Part shown: positions 1 to 11,943 of the stretch, in pieces | How positions within the stretch are numbered: position 1 is the first letter of the stretch | Layout: every line of letters begins with the position of its first letter | IMG/VR virus record: IMGVR_UViG_3300002835_000063 | Span: 32,001 to 96,000 of that record | Reading direction: 5' to 3' (one strand) | Length of the DNA: 64,000 nucleotides | Source: a virus | The notes under the pieces: model-generated | The model's database searches: none | What the model was told of the DNA's origin: nothing | The model's input: the letters and a program-made list of their open reading frames with translations, nothing else | Translations under genes and position numbers: made by a program

Positions 1-2
1 AG

Positions 3-638
3 TTACTGATTAAATTTAGCTAAGTCTTCTGAAGTATGACAAGAACATGAAGCAGTGGACAGGTCTACTTTGTATGTGAAAGACATGGCGGTTCTTGGCC
101 TAGGCGTGTCCACGGAGTGCAGCACACCGTGAGGCACAAATAAAAGATCTCCCTCTTCAACGAATATAACTTCGTTGGGATCAGAGTTTACGGCTAGCCC
201 ATCCAGATCCACGTCATCAGGCATATTGTGCCAAACCTTCCAGGTCGAGCTGCCTTTAGTCTGCCAATAAAAAGAGTGCCTAGGATCCGAGTGAATATTA
301 ATTGGAATCTCGTTGGCTATAAAGTTAACAAAAGTGACTGTGTATAGCGGATCTGAATCTGTAAAAGACTTTAGGGTTTTTACTACCTCTTCAGATTCCG
401 GAAAGTAGTCAGTGCCAGCATCCCTAACCATAAAGTAGTAATTTTCTCTAATGTTTATGCCACGCACCGAGTACTCTTTATCGTCGTACTTTAAGTACGG
501 ATCGTAGCTTTCATCCCAGTACTTGTCGTGGGCGTGATCTATAAACCGCTCCCAAGCTGGCGTATTTGGAAAAGCATTTTTCCAAAGAAGTACTCTGGTA
601 TCAAGGATTGCTCGATTTACGGACTCTTTTGTAAACAT
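3..638 (-). CDS. JmjC/cupin-type 2OG-Fe(II) oxygenase (YcfD/ROX-like)
   Basis: HSD...SFYWQTKGSSTWKV...GDLLFVPHGVLHSV matches the JmjC HxD...K...H pattern; TAGAAT lies 6 nt before the ATG. Confidence 0.75.
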   Translation of the reverse strand: MFTKESVNRAILDTRVLLWKNAFPNTPAWERFIDHAHDKYWDESYDPYLKYDDKEYSVRGINIRENYYFMVRDAGTDYFPESEEVVKTLKSFTDSDPLYTVTFVNFIANEIPINIHSDPRHSFYWQTKGSSTWKVWHNMPDDVDLDGLAVNSDPNEVIFVEEGDLLFVPHGVLHSVDTPRPRTAMSFTYKVDLSTASCSCHTSEDLAKFNQ

Positions 639-686
639 ATTAAAATTCTAACAGCCCCCAGCTAATACGCTGATATTAGGCCGAAT

Positions 687-1142
687 TTACGTCACAGACT
701 TAAAACAGTCTGCACACACAGTTCCAGTTACATTTATGTTAGCTATTGGAACATTGAACAGGTGAAATTCTTCCGTGTATTTACCACAAGAATCGCAAGA
801 TTTGTCGTTTTTTGGTATTTCGGTAAGAATAGCGCTCATAAAGCAAGAACGGCACATAGCTCGATCCGGCATGGGCAGGGCCCCAAACCATACGGTCGCA
901 GAGTCAAAACTTAGGTGTTGACAAAGTTTAGGAGCAAGCTGTTTAGACCCTGGATATCTAAGAGAGTCTAAAATTTTCCACTTAGAAAATATGGGGCTAA
1001 GAAGCAAATTAGAAACGTCAACAGAGCCGGATTCAATGTGCCTAGTTGCCGCTGAGTCCATTATGTGCCTAGATAGATTTGCATTTTCTTCCGTGGCACC
1101 AGCAAATTGATCGCGTAGGTGGATTTCCCTAATGTTGTCCAT
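687..1142 (-). CDS. hypothetical protein with Cys pairs (possible zinc binding)
   Basis: 151-aa ORF; CRSC, CDSC and CADC pairs. Confidence 0.55.
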   Translation of the reverse strand: MDNIREIHLRDQFAGATEENANLSRHIMDSAATRHIESGSVDVSNLLLSPIFSKWKILDSLRYPGSKQLAPKLCQHLSFDSATVWFGALPMPDRAMCRSCFMSAILTEIPKNDKSCDSCGKYTEEFHLFNVPIANINVTGTVCADCFKSVT

Positions 1143-1149
1143 ATTTTCC

Positions 1150-1674
1150 CTATCTAGTTTCGTGATTGTTTAAAAGTTCGTATAATTTTTCTTTTACCTC
1201 AAACGGTCTGTCCGGAAAATATGCAAAAGTAACTAAAAAGTCGCCTTTATGAAATTTGGTACATAAAAAGTAAATCTCCCCGCCCTCAGAAATTAGTGGC
1301 AGATATGACGTATCGCCCCTAGCGTAAAGACCTAAAAGCTTTTCTCCAGGCTCATCAAAACTTCTAATGTGCTCATAAAAAGCATGGATCGGATGCAACC
1401 AGTAAATTGGATCCATGTCTGTATTATCAACATCAAAATCCATATAGTCCAGTCTTGTAGTAAGCACCCAGTGAGAAGTCTCTATAGCTTTAGGGTTAAT
1501 TCGATCAGCTTTTCTAGCCTCGATCATGGCCGCCTGGGCCTCTGCCAGACCAGCAGCAGTAAATGGGACATGAACCGCGTCGCCCATTTGAAAAACTAAT
1601 TCTTGATATTTATAGTAGGTAGATTCGGCAGATTGAATTACTAGCCGCTGTACAACAGATGACGATGAAACCAC
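1150..1674 (-). CDS. hypothetical protein
   Basis: 174-aa ORF, GTG start with AAGGAG upstream. Confidence 0.6.
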   Translation of the reverse strand: MVSSSSVVQRLVIQSAESTYYKYQELVFQMGDAVHVPFTAAGLAEAQAAMIEARKADRINPKAIETSHWVLTTRLDYMDFDVDNTDMDPIYWLHPIHAFYEHIRSFDEPGEKLLGLYARGDTSYLPLISEGGEIYFLCTKFHKGDFLVTFAYFPDRPFEVKEKLYELLNNHETR

Positions 1675-1732
1675 TTTGTGCTCCTTAGTGAGTTAATTAT
1701 TTAGTTAGATCCCGTGCTCGGGGATTACATTC

Positions 1733-1761
1733 AGTATACAGCTAATTCATTCTGACTGCAA
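1733..1761 (-). promoter_or_regulatory. SigA-type promoter TTGCAG-17-TATACT
   Basis: Read on the minus strand upstream of 1150..1674. Confidence 0.55.
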
Positions 1762-1868
1762 CCAAATTTCATACAATCTTAGGTCTAAGTTTGTATGACG
1801 TTATTGCACGTAGCGTTATGTACATTATCCAGCAAAATCAAGGTGTTCAATCTGCTATATTTAGTACC

Positions 1869-3158
1869 TTATCTAGAAGGAAAATACTTCACAGTGCCAA
1901 TCTCTACCTCAGATCCATTTACAATCGCCACTATTCGATAGACGGCAACTGCACCCGGTTTGTCTGAAATAGTCATATTGTTTGTTCCTACGGAGACAGA
2001 AGCAAATTGTCTCCATCCAGGTCTTATAGATCCAGTTTTGTAGATTAAGTAGGAAGTCGCACCTGGAATAGAGTTCCAGCTCAGGATCCCAAAGAATGAT
2101 CCAGAGCCCGCTTGAACGACGCTAACTGCCTCGGGAAGCTGAATTTGTTCTGGAACAGGAGACGAAATCGGAGCTGGATCGGGGGCAGGAGCTACGCTAA
2201 AAGACTTTTCTACATTTACTAGATAGTTATTAGAAAAACTGCTGTTTTTTACTATCCCGGGCTCTCCCAAAGAAAGCAAAGTTGGTAGGGCATCTTTAGC
2301 GCTTAAAACTTTGTTACTAGATACATAGGTGGCTATAGCTCCAGCCACAAACGGACTTGCAGCAGAGGTCCCACTTCTGGACGCTGGAAGGCTAAAGTTT
2401 GCAGAATTAGCCGAGCTTATTCGAACCCCCGGCGCAAAAACATCTACGCAAGAGCCCCAATTCGAAAAAGATGCTCTAGTGTCCGATTCATCGATTGCCC
2501 CAACAGCAATTACGCCGGGCGCACTGGCGGGAGAGAAAGTACAAGCATCAACATTTGAATTGCCCGCAGCAGCCACTACTACAAGACCAGCATCTATAAG
2601 TCTTGCTACTGCAGCATTTGCTTGATCGCTTTTTGTTCCGCCCAAACTCATGTTCACTATTCCAACAGTGCCAGCCGGATGAGCGGAAAGAATCCAGTTA
2701 ATTCCTGCTAGCAAGCTGCTAGTGTTACCCTGACCAGAACAGTTAAGAACCCTAACCGGAACCACCGAGGCCGCCTTAGCCACACCATAAGTTGTCCCAG
2801 CAACGACACCAGCAACGTGAGTTCCATGTCCGTTACAGTCACTCTGCGAAAGATTTTGATTAAATGCGTCAAACCCTTGAAGCACTCTTCCGGCTAGTTC
2901 GGGGTGATTAGCATCTACGCCAGTATCTACGATATAAATTCGGATTGATTTTCCGTCACCCACATATTCGTATTTACCGTCTTTAATGCCGTCTATCCGG
3001 TCAAGCCCCCACCCAGCAGGGGTTTGGTACCCCATTGTTCTAAAAATGGTTTCTTTAAATCGACGCCCCGCTGCCTCAGCCGGTACCACCGCCGCGGTCC
3101 CTAAAACAAGAGATACGGCAAAAGCTAAAACTGCTGGCCACTTTTTATAAACAGTCAT
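1869..3158 (-). CDS. secreted S8 serine protease (proteinase K/aqualysin-like) with a Pro-rich linker and C-terminal beta-rich domain
   Basis: Triad motifs IVDTG, HGTHVAG, GTSAASP; oxyanion AAGN; signal peptide MTVYKKWPAVLAFAVSLVLG...AEA; start moved to ATG 3158, 7 nt after a -10 box. Confidence 0.92.
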   Translation of the reverse strand: MTVYKKWPAVLAFAVSLVLGTAAVVPAEAAGRRFKETIFRTMGYQTPAGWGLDRIDGIKDGKYEYVGDGKSIRIYIVDTGVDANHPELAGRVLQGFDAFNQNLSQSDCNGHGTHVAGVVAGTTYGVAKAASVVPVRVLNCSGQGNTSSLLAGINWILSAHPAGTVGIVNMSLGGTKSDQANAAVARLIDAGLVVVAAAGNSNVDACTFSPASAPGVIAVGAIDESDTRASFSNWGSCVDVFAPGVRISSANSANFSLPASRSGTSAASPFVAGAIATYVSSNKVLSAKDALPTLLSLGEPGIVKNSSFSNNYLVNVEKSFSVAPAPDPAPISSPVPEQIQLPEAVSVVQAGSGSFFGILSWNSIPGATSYLIYKTGSIRPGWRQFASVSVGTNNMTISDKPGAVAVYRIVAIVNGSEVEIGTVKYFPSR

Positions 3159-3165
3159 GCCACAT

Positions 3166-3194
3166 AAAGTAGCAAAGATCAATTAGTTTGTCAA
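3166..3194 (-). promoter_or_regulatory. SigA-type promoter TTGACA-17-TACTTT, leaderless
   Basis: Consensus -35, 17-nt spacer, TG extension, ATG 7 nt downstream. Confidence 0.7.
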
Positions 3195-3217
3195 GTCCCG
3201 GGAAGCCTATTTATTGA

Positions 3218-4192
3218 TCAATCTAAAAGACCCCTTAATGAGCTATTGTCAACAAACTTTCTTAGAATGTCGACAGCTGTCTCATTGTGTGGCATCACTA
3301 TATAGGTGTGATGTTTTACATATGACATAGCAATATACTCCATATGATAAGACCTAGTCTCTTCTTTAGAGACTCCAGGTATGTATCCTGGTTTGATCTG
3401 TGTAGCTAGCTCAACTACAGTTTGACCATTTTGCATAAACATGTGATTTGTAAGGCCCCCGCCAGAAAGCCCGATTAAAACCCTTACATCCCTAAAATAG
3501 GACATCTGTTCTTGTATGTTAGAAAAATCTTCTGGCGAGACTATCTCATAGCCGTGACTTTTAAAAAAATTTTCTAAAATATATTCATCGTCAATTCTTT
3601 TATCGAGAGTGATTAGTTCACCGTCTTTGCGATAATATTTTTTTTCTGTTTTGCTTCTACTTACATACACTTTTCTATTGGGCGATTTTTCTTCGTCTAC
3701 TACTCCTACAGTGTATTCTATAAACTCCAAAGAGTCTCTCATTGATTGAAGCGTCCCCCGGAAACTTTCAACAATAAAAAAATTATTTATATGCAAACAA
3801 CTGTCATAAGGAACAAAAGTATATTCAATTTTTTTCATTGTTAAATATTTTGATATTGCTGTTTTCATTCCGGCATACTCTGGCTCAAATATGACAGCCA
3901 ACATTCCAGGGTATTTTTTGGCGTATTCAACAATTGAAGGAATATCTTGTTGGATATTGTGAGAAATAGCCTTACTGGCTGTGCTAATTAAATATTTTCT
4001 TTGATCGCTAAGAATAGAAATAATTTTATAAGTCTCAGGGGACTCGGGGGGACTATCAGAGATGTTGTAATAATTAAATCTATGGGGGTTTTCAACTGGA
4101 TCTTTGCCGTATTTTATGGTCACATATTCATTAGAAGTGGAGTTATAAGTTTCAATTAATCGGGGCCCCCACTCTGCAGGCACAACTAACAC
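3218..4192 (-). CDS. glycosyltransferase family 61 (DUF563-like)
   Basis: RKVYVSR...R...E..LE..F...GYEIVSPE.FS..QEQM..F.....LIGLSGGGLTNHMFM....TVVEL signature; AT-rich. Confidence 0.8.
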   Translation of the reverse strand: MLVVPAEWGPRLIETYNSTSNEYVTIKYGKDPVENPHRFNYYNISDSPPESPETYKIISILSDQRKYLISTASKAISHNIQQDIPSIVEYAKKYPGMLAVIFEPEYAGMKTAISKYLTMKKIEYTFVPYDSCLHINNFFIVESFRGTLQSMRDSLEFIEYTVGVVDEEKSPNRKVYVSRSKTEKKYYRKDGELITLDKRIDDEYILENFFKSHGYEIVSPEDFSNIQEQMSYFRDVRVLIGLSGGGLTNHMFMQNGQTVVELATQIKPGYIPGVSKEETRSYHMEYIAMSYVKHHTYIVMPHNETAVDILRKFVDNSSLRGLLD

Positions 4193-4274
4193 AATAAATC
4201 TCCAATGAATAGAATTTAATTTAGTACTATAATACTATGTTTTACTTTATTTTTAATAAGTTAGTATTAAAACT

Positions 4275-5024
4275 ATGACTATAACCATAATTCCCGCAGC
4301 AGGCGACAGCCTAAGATTTAAAAACCTTGGCTACTCAATCCCAAAACCTTCAATAGTAGTGGCCAACAATCCAATAATTTATTGGTCTCTCCTGGGCAGC
4401 AAAAAATCTATTAAATCAGATAAAACAGTAATTGTAGCAAAAAATTTAGATGTAGAAATTATATCTAAATCAATTTTTTTATCGAACAAAAAGTTAAATC
4501 TAAAAAATTTAAAAATTGTTGCTATAAATGAATCAACTAGCGGACCCGCCGAAACCGTTGCACAATGTTTAATTAATTTAGGGCCTGAACTAGACAGAAC
4601 CTCGCCAATATATTGTTTAGACTCCGATATGTTTTTATTGTTTGACAACAAAAAAGTTTTTTGGGATCTTGAAAAAGAATGCTATATTGTAGCTGGAGAG
4701 TCTAATCACCCCGAGCATTGTTATTTAGACACAAACAAAAATAAAGTTATTTCAATTTCTGAAAAAAAGAAAATTTCTAACTTAGCAATAGTTGGTTGTT
4801 ACATATTTAAGTCTGCTGATACATATTTAAATTTATATGAAAAAGCAAAACAAAATTTAAAAAAAGACAAAGAATTTTATATTTCAGATGTAGTAAAAGA
4901 GTCAGTAGTTAGAAATACTTGCGGCCACATACTGGCCGACACATATCTATCTTTGGGCACCCCCGCCGAAGTAGGCATATCTGAGCCGTACCTTAAAAAT
5001 TTATTTAATTCTGACTGTTTTTAA
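4275..5024 (+). CDS. sugar-phosphate nucleotidyltransferase (NTP_transferase family)
   Basis: IIPAAGDSLRF..LGYSIPKP, TSGPAETV, DSD, ISEKKKISNLAIVGCYIF, EFYISDV, LGTP. Confidence 0.85.
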   Translation: MTITIIPAAGDSLRFKNLGYSIPKPSIVVANNPIIYWSLLGSKKSIKSDKTVIVAKNLDVEIISKSIFLSNKKLNLKNLKIVAINESTSGPAETVAQCLINLGPELDRTSPIYCLDSDMFLLFDNKKVFWDLEKECYIVAGESNHPEHCYLDTNKNKVISISEKKKISNLAIVGCYIFKSADTYLNLYEKAKQNLKKDKEFYISDVVKESVVRNTCGHILADTYLSLGTPAEVGISEPYLKNLFNSDCF

Positions 5025-5427
5025 TTCTTTCAATTAACTCTGTCGAAGAAAAATCGTGTGATCTTTGGTTATAATATATTTCTATACCACCAGATAAACA
5101 ATAATCTTTTCCAGTAAAATCTTTTCCTTTGTAGTCTTCCCCAATAATTCGAATATCAATTGGCAAAGCTTTTATAAGATCAAGTAAGTCTTTTTCTGTT
5201 TCATATACAATTATTTCATCAACATATGAGACCGCCTTTAGTTGTATTTGCCTTTCAACAATAGATTGCATTGGTTTGCGCTTACTGGGGCGATCAAGAT
5301 TTGGATTGGTCTGTAGGGCAACTATTAAATAGTCGCAAACTGATCTTGCTTCTTTTAGCATTAAAATATGCCCGGCATGCAAAAGATCAAAGGCTGACGC
5401 AGTAAATCCAATTTTTAATGTTTTCAC
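5005..5427 (-). CDS. glycerol-3-phosphate cytidylyltransferase-like (TagD-like HIGH nucleotidyltransferase)
   Basis: FDLLHAGH motif, C-terminal RSHDFSSTEL. Confidence 0.85.
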   Translation of the reverse strand: MKTLKIGFTASAFDLLHAGHILMLKEARSVCDYLIVALQTNPNLDRPSKRKPMQSIVERQIQLKAVSYVDEIIVYETEKDLLDLIKALPIDIRIIGEDYKGKDFTGKDYCLSGGIEIYYNQRSHDFSSTELIERIKNSQN

Positions 5428-5438
5428 AGAAAAATAAT

Positions 5439-5469
5439 AGTCCCTACTAACAATAGATTAGTAGGGACT
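5439..5469. terminator. intrinsic terminator hairpin, possibly bidirectional
   Basis: AGTCCCTACTAA-caataga-TTAGTAGGGACT 12-bp stem with A/T tracts on both sides. Confidence 0.7.
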
Positions 5470-5482
5470 TTTATTTTGGTTA

Positions 5483-5770
5483 TTAAGCAGACTTGTTCTC
5501 GTTTTCAGAGACAGCTGCCTCGGCTTCTGGGTCCTGGTCTGGATAAGCGGCACCACCAAAGGCAGTGTTAATCTCATCTATGTCTAGCTTTCCGTCCAGC
5601 ATGTAAGCACGGGACAGGTTCTCTGCCACGTCCATTACGCCGATGAATGCAGCAACAGCTGCAGACTGCCAGAGCTCTACTCCAGCAATAGAGCCACCAG
5701 CAAAGGTTCCGCTAATGCGGAGGATGATTAGTGCTGCGGTTCTACGGAATACTTCAGCGAATATCCCCAT
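5483..5770 (-). CDS. small membrane protein (possible holin)
   Basis: Two hydrophobic segments and an acidic C-terminal tail. Confidence 0.5.
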   Translation of the reverse strand: MGIFAEVFRRTAALIILRISGTFAGGSIAGVELWQSAAVAAFIGVMDVAENLSRAYMLDGKLDIDEINTAFGGAAYPDQDPEAEAAVSENENKSA

Positions 5771-5826
5771 GGGTTCTCCTAGGTTTTGGGTTACGTAACT
5801 CGCCTCTCTCCCTAGGTACTTCTAGT

Positions 5827-6156
5827 TTACCTGATACTAGGCCCTCGGTGTTTTACTGGATATCTACGATAATTGCGCTTTCTAATGAGCTTTCGTTCAT
5901 GTTCTGTTGTTCCGCCCCAAACCCCAAGCTCGTTATTTTTTAGGGCATACTCCAAACACTCGCGAATTAGTGGACATTCTTGGCATACTTTTTTGGCCGA
6001 TTCTAGGTTTTGGTATTTGGCTGTAACCATTCCAAATCCCATGTCTATATCCATGGGAAAAAATATTTCGGGATCTGTTTGAGCACAAGCTGGATCGTCT
6101 TTTAAAACAAAAAGTGGGACGGTAATGCTTCTGGTAAGACGATTCTTTTGTGTCAT
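5827..6156 (-). CDS. whiB: WhiB-family transcription factor
   Basis: ACAQTDPEIFFP...AKKVCQECP...CLEYAL...GVWGGTTEHER. Confidence 0.95.
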   Translation of the reverse strand: MTQKNRLTRSITVPLFVLKDDPACAQTDPEIFFPMDIDMGFGMVTAKYQNLESAKKVCQECPLIRECLEYALKNNELGVWGGTTEHERKLIRKRNYRRYPVKHRGPSIR

Positions 6157-6160
6157 TCAG

Positions 6161-6340
6161 TTATCCTCTGTTTGCGTTAAACCCCGTCCCTTTAAACGTA
6201 ATGGACGGAGCACTAAATTTACGTATCAGTTTAGTGCCACAGTCTGGTTTTGTGCAAATCGTACGGCGAGGATTTTCTGACATATTTCGAGTTTCTTCGT
6301 ACTCGTGGCCCCGCTCGCAAACATAAAGATAAGTTGGCAT
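6161..6340 (-). CDS. FmdB-family zinc-ribbon protein (59 aa, absent from the ORF track)
   Basis: Hand translation: MPTYLYVCERGHEYEETRNMSENPRRTICTKPDCGTKLIRKFSAPSITFKGTGFNANRG. Confidence 0.85.
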   Translation of the reverse strand: MPTYLYVCERGHEYEETRNMSENPRRTICTKPDCGTKLIRKFSAPSITFKGTGFNANRG

Positions 6341-6349
6341 AAATTTATC

Positions 6350-6733
6350 CTAATTTGATGAATCTAAAAGCTCAAAGCCATTTTCTCTGTCTAAGTACTG
6401 CCACTGAATTTTTGTAATACCAAAAGTTTCAGCTAAGTGATCTAAAACTTTTAGATGATCAAGTTCACCGCATGTGTAGAGATCAAACTGAATAATCATT
6501 GGATCACGCTTTTCCCAAATGTGAAAAGCAATGTGTGACGTTTCAACTGAGATTGCAGCAGTTACACCTTCATTTCCTGGCATATCTACATACTTAGAAA
6601 TAGGACCAGCGGCAACTTTCATATCAATAAAGTCGACAAGGTCTTTCATCCAGACTTTTGCTTCTTCCTCGGTCTGGATTGGACGAGTAATTTCTGCCCT
6701 AACCATTAGGTGTAGGTGCTTGAGTTCTTTCAT
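6350..6733 (-). CDS. speD: SpeD-like pyruvoyl-dependent decarboxylase proenzyme
   Basis: GVTAAISVETSHIAFHIW...QFDLYTCG; true start MKELKHLHL with AGGAG upstream. Confidence 0.8.
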   Translation of the reverse strand: MKELKHLHLMVRAEITRPIQTEEEAKVWMKDLVDFIDMKVAAGPISKYVDMPGNEGVTAAISVETSHIAFHIWEKRDPMIIQFDLYTCGELDHLKVLDHLAETFGITKIQWQYLDRENGFELLDSSN

Positions 6734-6758
6734 GGGCTCTCCTAACCAGTAAATGTTA

Positions 6759-9804
<3,046 letters not shown>

Positions 9805-9832
<28 letters not shown>

Positions 9833-10221
9833 AGTAGATCTAGCCTCTCTTTTACTTGTTCTACGTCGTCTGGTGTTCCTGTAATTTCTACACGATACAG
9901 CAAAGGAACGCCAGTTTTTGCTGAAATCATCTCGGCGGCTTTACAGTAGTGCTCTCCAAAATTGGTGTTACCAGTTCCGACAACACCACGTAACAAATCC
10001 CTATTAGGTTTAAAGTTAAGAAACTTTCTAACCTGTTTAGGTACTGTGTGATTATCGTTCCCGCCGCCGTAGGTGGGAACAATTAGCACATATGGCTTGT
10101 AGGCCATAAATTGCCCTTCGCCCTCCCATCGAATTGGAATCCGACGAGCAGGCAATCCTAACTTCTCAACAAACCGATGGGTATTGTTTGAGACGTTGGA
10201 AAAATAAATAATTTCATACAC
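9805..10221 (-). CDS. nrdI: NrdI flavodoxin
   Basis: [28 protein letters not shown]. Confidence 0.96.
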
Positions 10222-10222
10222 T

Positions 10223-10441
10223 TTATGAAAGTGTAGCTAGTTTGTCTGGCCTAAAGCCACTCCAGTGATCATCTCCGGCCACAACTACGGGCGCAGCCGT
10301 GTATCCGAGCTCTCTAACCATAGCCAAAGCTTCTTGATCAGCACTTAAATCAATTTCTTGATATTGAATTTCATTTTTGGTCAACAACCTCTTAGTGCTA
10401 TCGCATTGAACGCAGGCTGGAAGAGTGTATACAGTGACCAT
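10223..10441 (-). CDS. nrdH: NrdH-redoxin
   Basis: CVQC, APVV, WSGFRPD. Confidence 0.96.
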   Translation of the reverse strand: MVTVYTLPACVQCDSTKRLLTKNEIQYQEIDLSADQEALAMVRELGYTAAPVVVAGDDHWSGFRPDKLATLS

Positions 10442-10515
10442 TTTTGAAATGCCTTTCAGTGGTAGAGACGGAAAATCCTGACGAAAACATTATCCGCCAG
10501 GACGATTGGATAACT

Positions 10516-10537
10516 AGTATAGAACAAAATCTAGTGA
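10516..10537 (-). promoter_or_regulatory. nrd operon -10 box (TATACT) abutting an NrdR-box-like site
   Basis: Minus strand TCACTAGATTTTGTTC directly followed by TATACT; resembles consensus acaCwAtATaTwGtgt. Confidence 0.45.
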
Positions 10538-10544
10538 TTGATTT

Positions 10545-10772
10545 TTATTCTGAATCTAATAGTAGTGCTTCCATAATATTTTTGCAAGTTGGACATACTG
10601 GAAATTTTTTAGGATCTCTGGAAGGAACAAAAAGTTTTCCGCAGATCGCTAAAACTGTTTTACCAGTTACATACCCCTCAGTGACAGACACAGCGTCAGC
10701 ATAATGAGCGTATCTAGGCTCGCCGGAATCGGTCACTAAATCTTCGGTTTTTTCTTCGGTATGTACAGACAT
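10545..10772 (-). CDS. DUF3039 family protein (actinobacterial)
   Basis: HY....VTEG.V.G..V.A.CGK.FVP.RDP..FPVCP.CK. Confidence 0.85.
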   Translation of the reverse strand: MSVHTEEKTEDLVTDSGEPRYAHYADAVSVTEGYVTGKTVLAICGKLFVPSRDPKKFPVCPTCKNIMEALLLDSE

Positions 10773-10854
10773 ACTACAAGTATACCTTCCACATCACTAA
10801 AGCTTAGATACGGTAAAATAAGACTAATCTGACTCTCCCGCCGAAAGACTGTAA

Positions 10855-11217
10855 ATGAGCGCCCCAGCCGGTTTATATAACATAGTGGCCGATCAAGGCT
10901 CAACGCTTTCGCGCATTATTTATTACAAAGATCCAGCTAAGAAGCCAATCAAATTTAATGGATATACAGCCCGTATGCAAGTCAGACCATCTGTAGATAG
11001 CTCTAACGTAATTTTGGAACTTACTACCGAAAACGGCGGTATCGAACTTGGCGCAACAGACGGAAGTATTTCTTTGTACGTAGAAGACACAACCATGATT
11101 ACGATTCCCGAAGGAATCTATGTTTACGATTTAGAGCTCATTGCCCCGTCAGCCAATTTGTTTGTGTACAAAATTCTTCAAGGCAACTTTGCAGTTAGGT
11201 CGGAGGTAACCAGATAA
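10855..11217 (+). CDS. virion adaptor-like beta-sandwich protein, first gene of fibre operon A
   Basis: DQGST...GYTARMQVR...YVYDLE...ILQG.F.VRSEVTR; paralogue of 25954..26331. Confidence 0.7.
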   Translation: MSAPAGLYNIVADQGSTLSRIIYYKDPAKKPIKFNGYTARMQVRPSVDSSNVILELTTENGGIELGATDGSISLYVEDTTMITIPEGIYVYDLELIAPSANLFVYKILQGNFAVRSEVTR

Positions 11218-11924
11218 TGGCAGGATACACAGTTAGTTCGGTTACTTCAGGTAAGTACGCAAGACAAATTTCTGTTGCAGCCTCTGGTCCACAAGGAGCT
11301 CAGGGCCCAACAGGTCCGGCAGGCTCGGCTGGAGCAACAGGCCCCACAGGCCCCACGGGAGCTCAAGGATCCGCGGGGGCTGGCCTCAGTGCTACTTACA
11401 AATTTAATAATACTACTTCTGCTTCTAACCCAGGCGGCGGCTATTTAGCATTCAATGCTTCCGATCTTTCCTCTGCTACCAGGCTGTATATTTCAACTAC
11501 CGACTCTTCGTTAGATGCGCAAACAGGACTGTTGTCTGCTATGACTCAGTCTACTAACACTTACAAATCAATTATTACAGTCCAGTCAACCACTAATCAA
11601 AGAAATTTTATTAGGTTTTACGTCAGATCTGTGACCGACGAGTCGGGCTGGAAAAACTTTTTGCTGGTTCACTTAGATGGAACGGTTACGTCTTTTACAT
11701 ACAACCAAGCCCTTTCTTTGTTGGTTGCACCCATTGGTGATGCTGGCACTATAGCCAATTTTGAGGACCTAAATGACGTAGACTTTAACACTCCGTTAGA
11801 TGGAGATGTCGTAGTTTACGACCAAGCAAATTCTATGTGGACCAATGTCGCTTCTAGTCAGCTAAACATATCGGGTCAAAATATTTCAGGTACAATTGAG
11901 GGGGGAAGCGCCAATACCTTTTAG
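11217..11924 (+). CDS. structural protein with a short collagen-like segment
   Basis: About 10 Gly-X-Y triplets, a DLNDVD...DGDVVVYD...W motif, C-terminal IEGGSANTF. Confidence 0.75.
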   Translation: MAGYTVSSVTSGKYARQISVAASGPQGAQGPTGPAGSAGATGPTGPTGAQGSAGAGLSATYKFNNTTSASNPGGGYLAFNASDLSSATRLYISTTDSSLDAQTGLLSAMTQSTNTYKSIITVQSTTNQRNFIRFYVRSVTDESGWKNFLLVHLDGTVTSFTYNQALSLLVAPIGDAGTIANFEDLNDVDFNTPLDGDVVVYDQANSMWTNVASSQLNISGQNISGTIEGGSANTF

Positions 11925-11943
11925 TTGAGGATAGAGCAAAAAT

